Shown here piece by piece: positions 1-12,780 of a stretch of DNA of 64,000 nt. This DNA comes from Octopus vulgaris (lineage: Eukaryota): NCBI GenBank assembly GCA_951406725.2, contig OX597818.1:84754001-84818000 (forward strand), in the 5' to 3' direction. Each line of letters begins with the position of its first letter. The stretch's first letter is position 1. The position numbers and the translations under genes were made by a program. The notes beneath the pieces were generated by a model. That model was not told where the DNA came from and made no database searches. It worked only from the letters and a program-made list of their open reading frames with translations.

Positions 1-44
1 GTAATTCAGAAAGATAATGTTGATTTCAACAAAGACAGCAAAAA

Positions 45-235
45 TTAGAATACAGCTCTTTTACTTATTTCAGTCATTTTAGACGAAGAAATCGAACCCC
101 AAGACTTATTCTTTGCAAGCTGGGCACTTATTCCATCGGAAATAAAGAAACGAACATCGGTTGCCAAGCGATGTTGGGTGGGATAAGGACAAACACAGAC
201 ACAAACACACACACACATATATGGCACCCGTCGTA

Positions 236-293
<58 letters not shown>

Positions 294-412
294 CATATAT
301 ACGACGGGTTTCTTTCACTTTCCGTCTACCAAATCCACTCACAAGGCTGTGGTCGGCCCGAGGCTATAGTAGAATACACTTGCCCAAGGTGCCACGCAGT
401 GGGACTGAACCC
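45..412 (-). mobile_element. tRNA-derived SINE (family A), with internal (TA)n/(CA)n
   Basis: Minus strand reads GGTTCAGTCCCACTGCGTGGCACCTTGGGCAAGTG...TTGTGAGTGGATTTGGTAGACGGAAA; the same sequence recurs many times in the window. Confidence 0.85.
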
Positions 413-479
413 GTATTCTAATAACATCTTGCTTACACTATTAATGTGATACGTTTTATCTTACCCATTGGACTGTGGT

Positions 480-720
480 CAATCCCCTCACGAGATATAC
501 TAATAGAATTTATAGTCAATCGTCTTTCATTTGTCACCATATAGTGGACACGGTCAATGTTTTCTTCAGTGGTGGTAGCTGCAGGACGTTCAGACCTTGG
601 GTCATCTTTAAGGCTCCTCTTTCCTCTCCAAATTTCAGCTGCCCACTTTTGCACTGCTGATAAACCTGGAGCAACCATATCAGCATGAACGTCGTTAGGG
701 GCCAAATCTTGAAGGGTGTT
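480..720 (-). pseudogene. mariner transposase N-terminal (HTH) fragment
   Basis: ORF 433..705: VQKWAAEIWRGKRSLKDDPRSERPAATTTEENIDRVHYMVTNERRLT resembles the mariner DNA-binding region (DDPRSGRP motif). Confidence 0.75.
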
Positions 721-894
721 TGAACAAATTGCTCCAAGTACTTATTTATCTTAAGTGTGCTACTTGTTCTATCGGTCTCTTTTGCTGAACTGCTACGTTA
801 CGGGGATGCAAACCAAACAAAAACTGATTGTGAAGCAGTGATAGGAGACACACAAACACAGAGACGTTCACACCTATACATATATGCATACGAC

Positions 895-1030
895 AAAATT
901 CCGTCGAGGTCGACTTTGCCATCCATCCTTTCGGGGTCGACAGATTAAGTACCAGTCAAGTATTGTGGTCATGGTAATCGACTATCCCACTCCCCACAAA
1001 TTCCAGGGTTTGTGCCAATAATAGAAAGGA
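895..1030 (+). mobile_element. SINE family B fragment (Nin/Deu-like core)
   Basis: AAATTCCGTCGAGGTCGACTTTGCC...CCTTTCGGGGTCGA...AAGTACCAGT matches the copies at 47178 and 48512. Confidence 0.7.
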
Positions 1031-1044
1031 TATATACATACAAC

Positions 1045-1190
1045 AGACTTTCATAGTTTCCGTGTACCAAGTCCACTCACAAGGTATTGATCGGCCGAGG
1101 ATTATAGTAGAAGACACTTGCCATAACTATCATACCATGGAACTGAACCCAAAACTAAGTTGTTAAAGAGCGAACTTCTTAACCGCAGTC
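1045..1190 (-). mobile_element. SINE family A, degenerate
   Basis: CCACTCACAAGG...TATAGTAGAAGACACTTGCCCA...ACTGAACCC shared with other copies. Confidence 0.7.
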
Positions 1191-1508
1191 ATATTTTTGC
1201 GATAATATTAACGATAATAAATAGAAAAATCAAATTGAAAAGAAAATTTGTCTGCAAGACCAAAAGCGGAATTAGTGCTGCCAAGTGAAGAAATCAAACA
1301 GTAAAACCAAACATAATAACCCCAGTAACAACAATTCTATCTTCACAAAACAATGGTCAAAGAACACAGGCATTGACAGAATAAATAACAGTGCTACAAA
1401 CACCTGTAGATATATGAAATATGCCTAAAGCCAAACAGGTACGCTCTACGTGGTTGTTTGAACTGCCAGAAAAACTAGCCATCTCTCTGTCTCTCCCTCT
1501 CTCACTCC

Positions 1509-1550
<42 letters not shown>

Positions 1551-2128
1551 GCGGATCTATCTCTCAACTTATAGCACATTGTCTAAAAAGTTAGAAAGAT
1601 ACATTAGGTTATATAGTCCTGGTTCATTCAATAGACGAGGGAAATTCTTTGGATCACAAAATTGCTCCGTAGAGTTAAGCTAGGAGTAAACAACACCAAC
1701 GAATAAAAATGTGCCTTTAGACATGGAGGAAATGCGATAACTTATTTTATGGTATTGGAAACACTAACATATATTGAATGAAGGGATTGTTACAAATAAA
1801 TCTCACATAGGTGTATAAGAGAACGCAGTGATAAGTACTACATAGTGACCAGTATAAAGCTTAGATCTATAAACAAAACTAAAATTTCAATTCTATTCGT
1901 CGAAATGTGCTAGTTGTCATCAGATTAAGCAAACTATTGTTGCAGGAAAATGCTTCGTTAAGTATACTCTCCTTTGGGTGATAAAAAAAAATTAAGGGAA
2001 TCTGACTTCTAGAAACCTCAAAGTAGATTTCTTCAATTGTTTTTTAATATATTAGAATAAAAAATTGTCACCATTTCAGACGACAAAGAAAATGAAAAGA
2101 ACGTACAATATTTCACTCACACGCATAG

Positions 2129-2204
<76 letters not shown>

Positions 2205-2467
2205 GACTCACAGATACACACATACATTCAACGTTTCGACAAAAGGACGTTATTCATAAAGCCTAACGCACACGCACGTATACATATATTCAGACACAGG
2301 AACATACACATGCCTGCACGCATACGCACTTTACGTAAAACGTAAAGGAATTCACAGAATAAGTACTAGGCTCACAAACAATAAGTCTTGGGGTCGATTT
2401 GTTCGACTAAAGGTGTTACTCCAGTATGGCCGGAGTCAAATGACTGAAACAAGTTAAAAAATAAAAG

Positions 2468-2523
<56 letters not shown>

Positions 2524-2605
2524 GGTCCCGGGTTGAGTCGGAGTTAACCACAGTAAATAAGGTACTCAATACATAGCAGAGTAAATTAATTTATTTTATA
2601 GAAGG

Positions 2606-2656
2606 ATCTTCTACAGGACTAGAACTGTTTCATTCAAATGAAATCATCAGGAAGCT
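2606..2656 (-). ncRNA. Type I hammerhead ribozyme motif (mirror copy)
   Basis: Minus strand: CTTC-CTGATGA-TTTCATTTGAAT-GAAA-CAG ttctagtc CTG-TA-GAAG. Confidence 0.75.
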
Positions 2657-2703
2657 TCCTGATGATTTCATTTGAATGAAACAGTTCTAGTCTTGTAGAA
2701 GCT
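2653..2703 (+). ncRNA. Type I hammerhead ribozyme motif
   Basis: AGCTTC-CTGATGA-tTTC attt GAAt-GAAA-CAG ttctagtc TTG-TA-GAAGCT: intact core, stems I/II/III and a GUA cleavage triplet. Confidence 0.75.
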
Positions 2704-3299
2704 CCTTCTATAAAATAAATTTTATATATATATATATATATACATACTGACGTGTGTGTGTGTGTGTGTGTGCAAGCATAGGGGTATGTGCGCGCGTGCA
2801 ATGTTTTGTTTTTCTCACAGCGATGAGGTCATTGCCCTATTATCGAATGGCTTGTGGGTCATATTCTCTTACGAAATCACAGCACGACCGAACACCACTT
2901 CAAGATAGTATTCATTGAACAACCAGAAACAATATTTCTCGATCTCTGACAAATGATGTGAGATTCTTTCATAATTTGAAGAAGTCTACAATTTTCTATG
3001 ACCACAACATCGTAGAATTACAAGAATTTTATGGCCCAAAGGAAACTTCCAGTTCAGCACCTCACAAGCTACTTTCAACTGTAAAGCTTCAATTTTCCAT
3101 AAGGCTGACAGGAAATCAATTGAGGAAGATACCCTACAAGCTGAACTTCTCTTAAGTTCTCTTTGTGGAGGATAATGTCATACAACTGAAACAGTTTATG
3201 TCAATAATGCAAGCTATGAATATATATGTATAGATGCAAGCATATATATATACATATATATGTGTGTGTGTGTGTGTATGTATATATTTATGTGTATAC

Positions 3300-3348
<49 letters not shown>

Positions 3349-3642
3349 TTTGTGTGTGTGTGTGTGTGTGTGTGCTTCCTCCTTAAGAGCACGTGGGTTT
3401 ACAAAGGTTTAACGAAAGCGCTTACACACCACAAGAAAAATTTCTTCCTAAAAAAGGTTAGTAACATACTCATTTTCATAGCATATTTTTAAGAAGATAA
3501 TTTTCTTAGAAAAATCATCTTTACACTTCAAAAACTGCATTAAGTAATCTTCATAGACTTTCAAATATATATATATATATATTTCAGCGGTGGTGCCCCA
3601 GCATGGCCGCGGCCTTCGGGCTAAACATTTTTAAGGATTTAA

Positions 3643-3688
<46 letters not shown>

Positions 3689-3709
3689 ACATATATACAT
3701 ATATATATA

Positions 3710-3743
<34 letters not shown>

Positions 3744-3816
3744 TACATATATAAATGTATATATACATACATTATATACATATATATATTTATATATACA
3801 TATATATATACGTATA

Positions 3817-3873
<57 letters not shown>

Positions 3874-4221
3874 ATATATATATTTATAAATACATATATA
3901 TGCGCAGGCACACACACACACATATCTAATTCGGTGTTGTACTTGCCAGCCATGTGATTTGATCTTACATCTTGTGGTTGAAATAGAAACGATTGCAGCA
4001 TTGAAGAGACATGTAAGCTCTTCACGAACATACATTTATTATCTGGTAAATGGTACCAAACTTTTTGCTGCATGACCTATGACCTAGTCACTGATAAGGT
4101 CACTCTACACTTCAGAGCAGTTTTATCTGCGACTAGATCGCACTTGGTGCGACAAGAGTAACAAAAGATAATCCCTAAGTGATTGTCTTTTGGAATGACT
4201 AACATTCGTCTTCCACCCCGG

Positions 4222-4267
<46 letters not shown>

Positions 4268-4311
4268 TGTGTGTCTGTGTGTGTGTCTGTCTCTCTGTCT
4301 GTCTGTGTATG

Positions 4312-4346
<35 letters not shown>

Positions 4347-4348
<2 letters not shown>

Positions 4349-4689
4349 TTTTATTGGTTTCAGTTACTTGACTGTAGCATGCTGGAGCAATGCCCTTTAA
4401 TCGAACGAATCGACCCCCGGTCTCTTTTGCCGAAAGCTAAGTTTCAGGGACGTAAAAACGCCAGCATCGGTTGTCAAGTTATGAGGAGGGCAAAAAGGCA
4501 CATTAACATACTCGCGAACACACACACACATGTTCGACGGGTGTCTTTCAGTTTTTGTCTACCAACTCCACTTACAAGGATTTGGTCGGCCCGTGGATAT
4601 AGTAGAAGACACTTGCCCAAAGTCTCAAGCAGTTGGACTGAACATGGAACCATGTGGTTGGTAAGTAAGCTACTTACTGCACAGCCATG
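4347..4689 (-). mobile_element. SINE family A, near full length
   Basis: Head TGGCTGTGCAGTAAGTAGCTTAC...GGTTCCATGTTCAGTCC, body and tail homologous to 50792-51170. Confidence 0.8.
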
Positions 4690-4922
4690 TCAAACCGTTA
4701 ATCCCGACACACTTTTCCTCCCACCGTTTTTTACTTTCTCTCTCCCCCATTTATTTGCATTCAAATCTCTCGCTTGAAGGGCATGGGCTCGAAACATCAA
4801 AGACTTTTCCACATTTCAACTAATGCACCTGCTAGCTCTGCTCTCGGGCGTCTTTGTCTTTTATTTTCTGTACCTTCGTGCGTATATATATATATATATA
4901 TATATTTATTTATTTATATATG

Positions 4923-4954
<32 letters not shown>

Positions 4955-5015
4955 TACATATAAAGATAGATAGATATATACATATATATATACATACATA
5001 CATACATACTTACAT

Positions 5016-5089
<74 letters not shown>

Positions 5090-7137
5090 GCATACATATA
5101 AATAAAGACACATATATATACATAGATATATGCATACATATATATAGAAGTCTGTGAGATATCAGAGTTTTTAAATCGTGCTAACAAATAAAAGATCACT
5201 TACGAATGTTCCTAGAGGAACTGAGTTAAAAATATTTTCAAGAAGATAGGGGACGCATGAAGGGGATCATGGCTATAGGAAACAAAAGAAAACAACACGC
5301 AAACTCATCTTGATTCTTGTCGACGTAGTTTCTACGTTAGAAGAAAATTTGGCAAAGTTAAAGATGTTTACGTAGAGTATCGGTCAACAGATTCAAACAA
5401 TAGCAACATATGGCCATACTATTGCATAAGATTACAGCTGAACTTATAACCCAGAAAAAGAAGCAAGAGGTATTGAACTCATGCATTCGATCGGATATCA
5501 AACACAAAACGATGACTCTAGCAAAAAGATGTTTGTTCCCAACATGGCGCAACCCATGCACACGCGTGTGCGCACACACTACGAACATTTAATTTTATAT
5601 TGATATAAATGCTCACAAACATATGCCAATTCAACAGCTAACGCATTCGTTGCATCTGTGTGTTTGTGTGTATGTGTGCATATGCACGTGTATTTGTGCA
5701 TATCTGAGTATATCTTTGTATTGATGTGTGTGTGATATGTCTGCGTGTTGATGTGTACATGTGTATTCATACTTCTTTAAACTAATGCTTAGAAGGAGAG
5801 GGATTCTGTTCAATTATCGATAAAAACTAGATAGATGTTTACATCGTCAAGCCATAAAGTTAATTAAATGGGTGACATTTCGAAATTCTCTCGTAGCCAG
5901 ATGCTTAAGCAACTATTCCGGTTGTCATTAAGAAACAATTCTGCCTTGGATTTCTTTTCCCCCTTTTTTTATTCTTTTCTTTTTTCCTTTGGTCTCACTC
6001 TTTAAATTGTCGTAGCAATTGCCTTCATCAATTGAAACCCAGAAGAATAGGTCATGGTTGATATGCGTTACCAGATTCTGTCCACGTATGTTGTTAAAAG
6101 AGTTTTATGGCTGAAAAGACAACTAAGTATGTCTGCTCCACTAATATCTTCATTAGTAGAAGCTTTCAGTCAACCACTTTTGATATTTGTGTTGTATTTC
6201 GGTTGTATTGGGTCAGTTGCGGGGGAATAAGTCATTTATTTACTACGCACTAGACCTGCTTAAGTTGACGACTCATCAACCAACCAGCCAACCATCCAAC
6301 CAACCAAACCAACTTGTCAACCAGTCGGTCGGCCATTTTACCTACCTCTCTATCTCTGTCTTTATCTTTCGCATCCTTTCTCTCTTCTTTTCTCCTCAAA
6401 CATTTACCCACTCATATAAATGTATTTTTGTGTGTGTTAGATGATCTCTTTATTACACTGCCTATTTGTTAATGGTTAATCTCTAACTAATCCCTTTTAA
6501 ATTGTTTGCTTTCGCTAACCTCTTGTTCAGTAAATAAGATTGAAAACAGCGAGGAAACCTATTCATTCATGTTGATGCTGTTGTTATTAGTATTTAATGC
6601 TTAGAAATATTTTACAAGGCATTTGTATCATTCCTCTCTGTTTATTTTTCAGGTTAAGAAGGGATTATGTCTCTTCAAGTCTCACACTGCTTCCTCATCG
6701 TGATGGAAATGACAGGAAAAGACAGGTTGTACTTCCTGTAGTCAAACGGATATTTGTTAAGACCGACAAGGTTAATTCACCGCCTCTTAGATAGTTTCTG
6801 ACCCTATACACCCCAGGAAACGCGACGGATTAAACAATTCACGATAGCGTTCATTTTCTTTTTGAGAATTAAGTTCAAAATGCCCTAAGATTCAAACACT
6901 CTGGGGTAGATTTTATAATATATAATTTTGTTAATTTTGTTTTAATAATTCAATAAGAAATGTGTTCTTTAGATCTAATTTTAAAACACATAGGGTCACA
7001 TACTTGGTCCAAAATTTGATTTATAACGGATGATGTAGTTTTATATCCTGCCACAGGTTGGTATAGATAAATTATGCAGTGGAGGTTTAGTTAATTTGTT
7101 CACACGACGAACTTCGCGAGACGACCAAAACGCTCTC

Positions 7138-8963
7138 GTTTCTTTATTTGGCACTACGGCCGCAACATAGAAAAGGACACTACAAGGACAGACACAACAC
7201 CACAGTGGGGACACAAAACATAAAATGAATGAAAATGAGATGTTATATAAAAATGAAAAAATGAAATGGTTGCATGGGCCCCACTCCTATGCAGTACCAT
7301 TTGAACGTTTATATAAACTCTTTACAGTCGTTCTATTTTTCTTGTTGTTTTTTTTTTCTCAATCATCGTTTTTATCTCTTTAAAAAAAATGAAACAATTC
7401 AACTTTTCCTTTTTTACAAAACAATTTACTTGTTTTTCTTTTTAATACCTCATGAAAGCTTCTATATCTTTTAGCTCCACTACTGGTGGCAATTCGTCGA
7501 ACTCCACCAACACTCCTCGCGGGCCAATCCCGCTTCCACACGTCTTTTAGTCTGTTGTGTCTGTCAACCACGATGGCCTTCACATTCTTGGAATACACAT
7601 CCGTGGGTAACTTCACCCTTATGATATGTTTAAATTTTAAAACTTCCCTTTCAGTTTCTTTGCTTTTCGTGTACGTCACAAAATTCCATCGAAACTTACC
7701 TCTTTGTTTTCTCTTTTCATGCTCCACTCCTGGTTCCTTCTTTTCTTCCTCCGCTCTGAACAGTCTCTCCATTTCACCCTCGTACACTAGCACTCCTGCA
7801 TCTCTTTCCTCCACTGGAACAACCAGTGTCTTCACCACTATCTCCTCCTTATGTAACTCCTCCTCGAACACTTTCAATTTCTTTTTCAGTCTCTTATCCA
7901 CCACCATTTTGTCTTCCTTCTGGTCACAACCTCCATCTCTACCTCTTCTTTTTCTGCTTCTCTGGCGGAGGGCTCACTCTCCCATTTCTCTTTATTTTAC
8001 CACTGTGAATTCGTCCTCCGTTACTTTCTCATTTATCTCGACCTGTACCACCTGGTTCGCACTCTCCTTCCTCTCCGTCTGCTGTATTTGTTGTTCTCTC
8101 TCGGGGCAGGTCGCCTTCATATGGCCCTTCTCCCCACATATAAAACATATAGGCAGCCTGCCCTTCACCACCACTCTCAATCTTAAATCATCCGTTAGAA
8201 CTATCTCTTGAACAATTCTGTTTAAGTCTTCCTCTGTTGCTTGGACGGTTAGCTCAATTCCGTATCCCCAGTAGTTTATCCTTTGGGTCCTTGTGGCCTT
8301 CAGTATTTTGGCCTCCTCATTCATGTTATACATTATGGCTGACATCAGCCATGTTTCTTTCAGTTCTGGGGACACTTTACCAACACTCACTCTGCCCACA
8401 CATTTGCCACAGTACGTTGGCAAAAGCACCCATTCCCCCAATCTTATTGCCTCCGTGGAGTGCTTGATTGCGCCCTCTTCTGATGCAAAGCGTACCGCCA
8501 CAGTTGCGTACTTTCTCTCTCGTTATAAATGTGGTTAGTTTTTTATATATTCTTTAAACACTCTTCAATCGCCTCAATTGTTGCTGTTTTTATCTTCCTT
8601 GTTTCTATCTTCATTGTCTTGTACATCAGTCCTTTTCGTTACATTGGTTGTTAATTTCACTGGCGGCATTAACTTCAGTGTATCTCCGTCTCTTTCCAGC
8701 AACGTCTCACATTCCTTCATTTTTAGTGGTTCCACCTTTATTTCAATTATCTCCAGCGTTTCCGCGTCTCTCCCTTTTCCAGTTGCAACTGCATAACTGT
8801 GGCCACCTGTTGGCGCTTTCTCCATTTTTCCTACAATAGGAAAAAAAAAAATTCAAAATAACAATAGCAAAAATTTAAACAGTAACAATCAATGAAACAA
8901 ATATTTAACACTGACTTACGTTTAACACGACAAAAACACTTACGAACAACTCAAACCGCCTGT
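7138..8963 (-). mobile_element. ORF1-only non-LTR retroelement (HAL1-like, L1/Tx1-type gag), TSD-bounded
   Basis: Exact 14-bp direct repeat ACCAAAACGCTCTC at 7124-7137 and 8964-8977; 3' end ...AATAAAGAAAC; only a gag-like ORF inside. Confidence 0.75.
7450..8825 (-). pseudogene. Disrupted ORF1/gag-like protein with CCHC zinc knuckle
   Basis: Pieces 8574..8825, 7992..8501 and 7380..7907; CFICGEKGHMKATC knuckle; FITRERKYATVAVRF and LPTYCGK motifs shared with the ORF at 49330-50517. Confidence 0.75.
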
Positions 8964-9540
8964 ACCAAAACGCTCTCTCCGACTATTACCGACCACTACT
9001 CCTTATAAGTGTTCGGCTAGTATTTTCATCCCCCAGGAGTGTCAATGACTCTCGCCACAACATTTTCCCCTTTGAGATTGACTTCACTTAAAAGTTATTA
9101 TTATTTATTTTTCTAGTATCTTTCACAAAATATCGGCCTTTTCACACAGTATCGGACTGGAAATTGAAATATGGAATTTAAATTTAAATTTCTTTTTTAT
9201 GTCGTTACTTTTATATCCTGATGACTCGTTGCCGGATGATGTAACGTAATTGTAACTCGACTCTGAAGTAGTATTGTTCGTTTCTTGCACACAGCACTCG
9301 TTTTTCTTTGTACTAAGCACTTTTGTTAGCACCTTTGTTTTTCGTTGTATTAAGCACTCTTGTTTTTAGCTCGAACGGACTTCAGTGCGATTTTTAAACC
9401 CCAACAAGACATTTCTAGCTCTTACTGACTTGCCGCCTTTTCACGGGGCATGATAAGTATTTTACTGGTGGTACCTTGGACTGCCGAGCGCGCAAACTTC
9501 TACCAGCTTTCACCAATTTCTCGATGTCCCCGTGCATACA

Positions 9541-9643
9541 AGTTGTAATGGGTTACATTTTACCAGTAGCTCCCAAAAAGCGACTTGACTAGTGCCACAG
9601 ATTGTACTGGATTACACCTTACCAGTAGCGCCTAAGAGCGACC
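9541..9643 (+). repeat. Imperfect two-unit tandem repeat (~59-bp period)
   Basis: TTGTAATGGGTTACATTTTACCAGTAGCTCCCAAAAAGCGAC versus TTGTACTGGATTACACCTTACCAGTAGCGCCTAAGAGCGAC. Confidence 0.6.
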
Positions 9644-10469
9644 GGACCTTGTAGTGAGGTAGGCATTATGACTCTGTGCATACATAAGCACATTATCACA
9701 TATCGAATGCAATTTCGAAACCGCGTTACGTCCACCTACACGTTTTTTTATTTGTTTCTTCTGATCTCACTATTTTTTTCATTTTTGTGATAAACTCGTC
9801 CGTCTCTACCTTAATGTTTATTTCCTCCAATATCACAGGCAATTCACGCAAAACATTGCACAATATATTTTTCTTTCATTTTCAGCTTTTAACGCCGCTA
9901 TCGCTGTGTCTTCCAGTGGATCACTGTATTTTGGTATTAGCCTTGACAGACTATCTGCATGTCCCAAATAAATTTGTATTTTTCAGCACAAAAACTTTGT
10001 CTTTCAAAGTTTTTCCACGAAATGTAACATCACTTATTTCGCCTATAAAATGCAATTTTTTTCCTGAAACACCGAGCAGTTTTGGAAGTTTCCTTTAATC
10101 TAGGTTTCCCTATCTTTCTCCATGTGTCTGTATTGATTATCGTGATATCACTGTCTGTATCCAATTGTAACTCGACATTCGCGTTATTCATTTTTACGGA
10201 CAAATTTTCTGAGCCTCGCTTAGAATTATTTTAGCAATACATTTTTTCTAGAATTTTGTTTGACCCTCTTTTTTTTTCGCTTTACAACGACCCACACAGG
10301 GATAACATGTATTGCAATCTCAGGGTCAGAGTCGCTATGGGAACTTAGGAGTCCACATGAGTAATGTTGCATCATATTACATGATGGTCGAACTTAATAG
10401 CACCACATATCTAAGTTTTATATAAATATATGCATATATACATGCATATATGTACATACCTACATATAT

Positions 10470-10710
10470 ATGTATATATACATGCATATATGGGTACATG
10501 ACATAAAAAAAAATGTGGAAAACAATGAGGAGAGTAGATGAAACAGGGACAACTGAAGAAGGGAAATATTCCTTGTGTTGTATGTCTTGTACTGTTTTTT
10601 TCGTTGTTTGAAAAAAGCTCGTGTCTATGTTTTTATTTTTATGTTTTCGTTTTTCATTGTGTTCCACGTTCTTTTGATGCCCTGTACCCATATATGCATG
10701 TATATATATA
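10470..10710. mobile_element. Short inverted-repeat element in TA-rich context
   Basis: TACATGCATATATGGGTACATGACATAAAAAAAAATGTGGAA ... TTCCACGTTCTTTTGATGCCCTGTACCCATATATGCATGTA. Confidence 0.6.
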
Positions 10711-10846
10711 TACATATATATATATAGGAGGTATGTATGTATGTATATATGCATATATATATGTTATTTATATTATTATATGATCGAACGCCACGCATCC
10801 TTTTCCAAGTAAGTTTTATCTCTCTCTCTCTTTCACTCTTTCTCTC

Positions 10847-10930
<84 letters not shown>

Positions 10931-11265
10931 AAGAGAGAGAGAAACAGAGAGAAACAGAGAAACACACACACACACGCATAGATATAGATGTCTGTCATGT
11001 GTTGTGTTTGTCCACTCCACAGCTTCGCACCCAGTGGTGGTTTGTTTGCGTCCCCGTAAGTTAGGATTTCGACCGAAGAAACCTATATAAATAGTAAGAG
11101 ACTGCGATCAGTTAAACCCTTCGAATTGATGCCGCAGTTTGACTGCAGTCCAATGACTGAAACAAATATACGACAAAAAGTTAATGAGTGTGTATGTGGC
11201 TGTGTGTTTGTTTGTGTGTGTGTGTGTGTGCGTTTGTGTGTGTGTGTGTGTGTGTGTGCGTGTGT

Positions 11266-11297
<32 letters not shown>

Positions 11298-11417
11298 CCG
11301 TTCTCATGACAAGCGATATATACCGACATATGTCATGTTGTGTATAAACAACCATATGGTATTTCATAAACCTCTGCAAATCACCAGCGAAAGGTCAGCC
11401 CTGAATTCTGTCAGCCA

Positions 11418-11473
<56 letters not shown>

Positions 11474-12342
11474 AGATACTGCATCCGGCTATATATATAT
11501 ATATTGAGCATATATATGTACCTTTGTTAATATTTTTATATATGTACATATATATATGTGTGTGTATGTATTTTCATGCACACATATTAATATACATGTA
11601 TTTACTTATGCACATTAATATATATATACATATGTATGTGTATATATATATATATATTCAAACATTTATGTGTGTACATATATAGGTGTGTGAGAGAGAG
11701 GGAGAGAAAGAGTGCGTGTGTGTGTATGTGTGTGTGTTTTTATAAGTGTCTGCATAAGCATCCCCACGTGTGTATATGCATATGTGTGTAAATATTAATA
11801 TATTCATACACATCCATGTATACATATGTCACTATGTGCAGACACATGTGTATATACATATATACATACATACATACATACATATATATACATATATTTG
11901 TGTGTATAAATATACCTCCATACATATACATACGTGTGTACGTGGGTGACTGCCTTCGAGTATGTGCGCGCACGCATATGTTCTTGAGGGTGGGGTGCAT
12001 ATGACAGGAAACCATTAAAGGTCAAAAATGTGTATTTTTGAGCTTCCGTGATTATCCGCCATCTTTTGCTTATGTATACACACAAATGTGTATGTTTGTA
12101 TGCATATGTGTGAATATTTGCATATATGTATATATGTTTCTGCGTGCATGTCTGCAAGTATGTGCGTATGAAAGAATACGTGTGTATATATTTATATGTA
12201 GATATTTATATATACTTATGCTAGTGATTATATGCATGTGTCCTTGTGCATATGTCTATGTTTGTATCTGAGTATATACCTAAGCCATTGCTTGTGAATT
12301 CATGCGATCGAATGTGCATACGTTTGTGCCAGTACACATACA

Positions 12343-12648
<306 letters not shown>

Positions 12649-12659
12649 TTATATATATA

Positions 12660-12750
12660 TACTGTTGTGTCTGGGCAGAGTCATTCTCCTTTAGTGCCTT
12701 ATAATTTAACACACTCACCGGTAAAATTTCCACTCATTTACTTATTTATT
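12660..12750 (+). repeat. (TA)n-anchored dispersed repeat end; second copy at ~28945-29032 (-)
   Basis: ACTGTTGTGTCTGGGCAGAGTCATTCTCCTTTAGTGCCTTAT...CACCGGTAAAATTTCCACT is the approximate reverse complement of 28945-29032. Confidence 0.7.
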
Positions 12751-12780
12751 TTACTTTGCCCATCTTATTTATTTCAGTCT

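Larger units (their letters stand above)
2521..2721. mobile_element. Miniature PLE-like palindrome (2588-2721) plus 67-bp tail, nested in (TA)n
   Basis: Near-perfect 134-bp palindrome centred at AAG|CTT (2654/2655); (TA)n on both sides. Confidence 0.75.

Noticed and set aside
3226-5199. Many YI/HT/CV-repeat ORFs here and throughout the window
   Set aside because: Translations of (TA)n, (CA)n and (TACA)n microsatellites
7486-8211. 241-aa plus-strand ORF
   Set aside because: Antisense shadow of the purine-rich gag-like ORF
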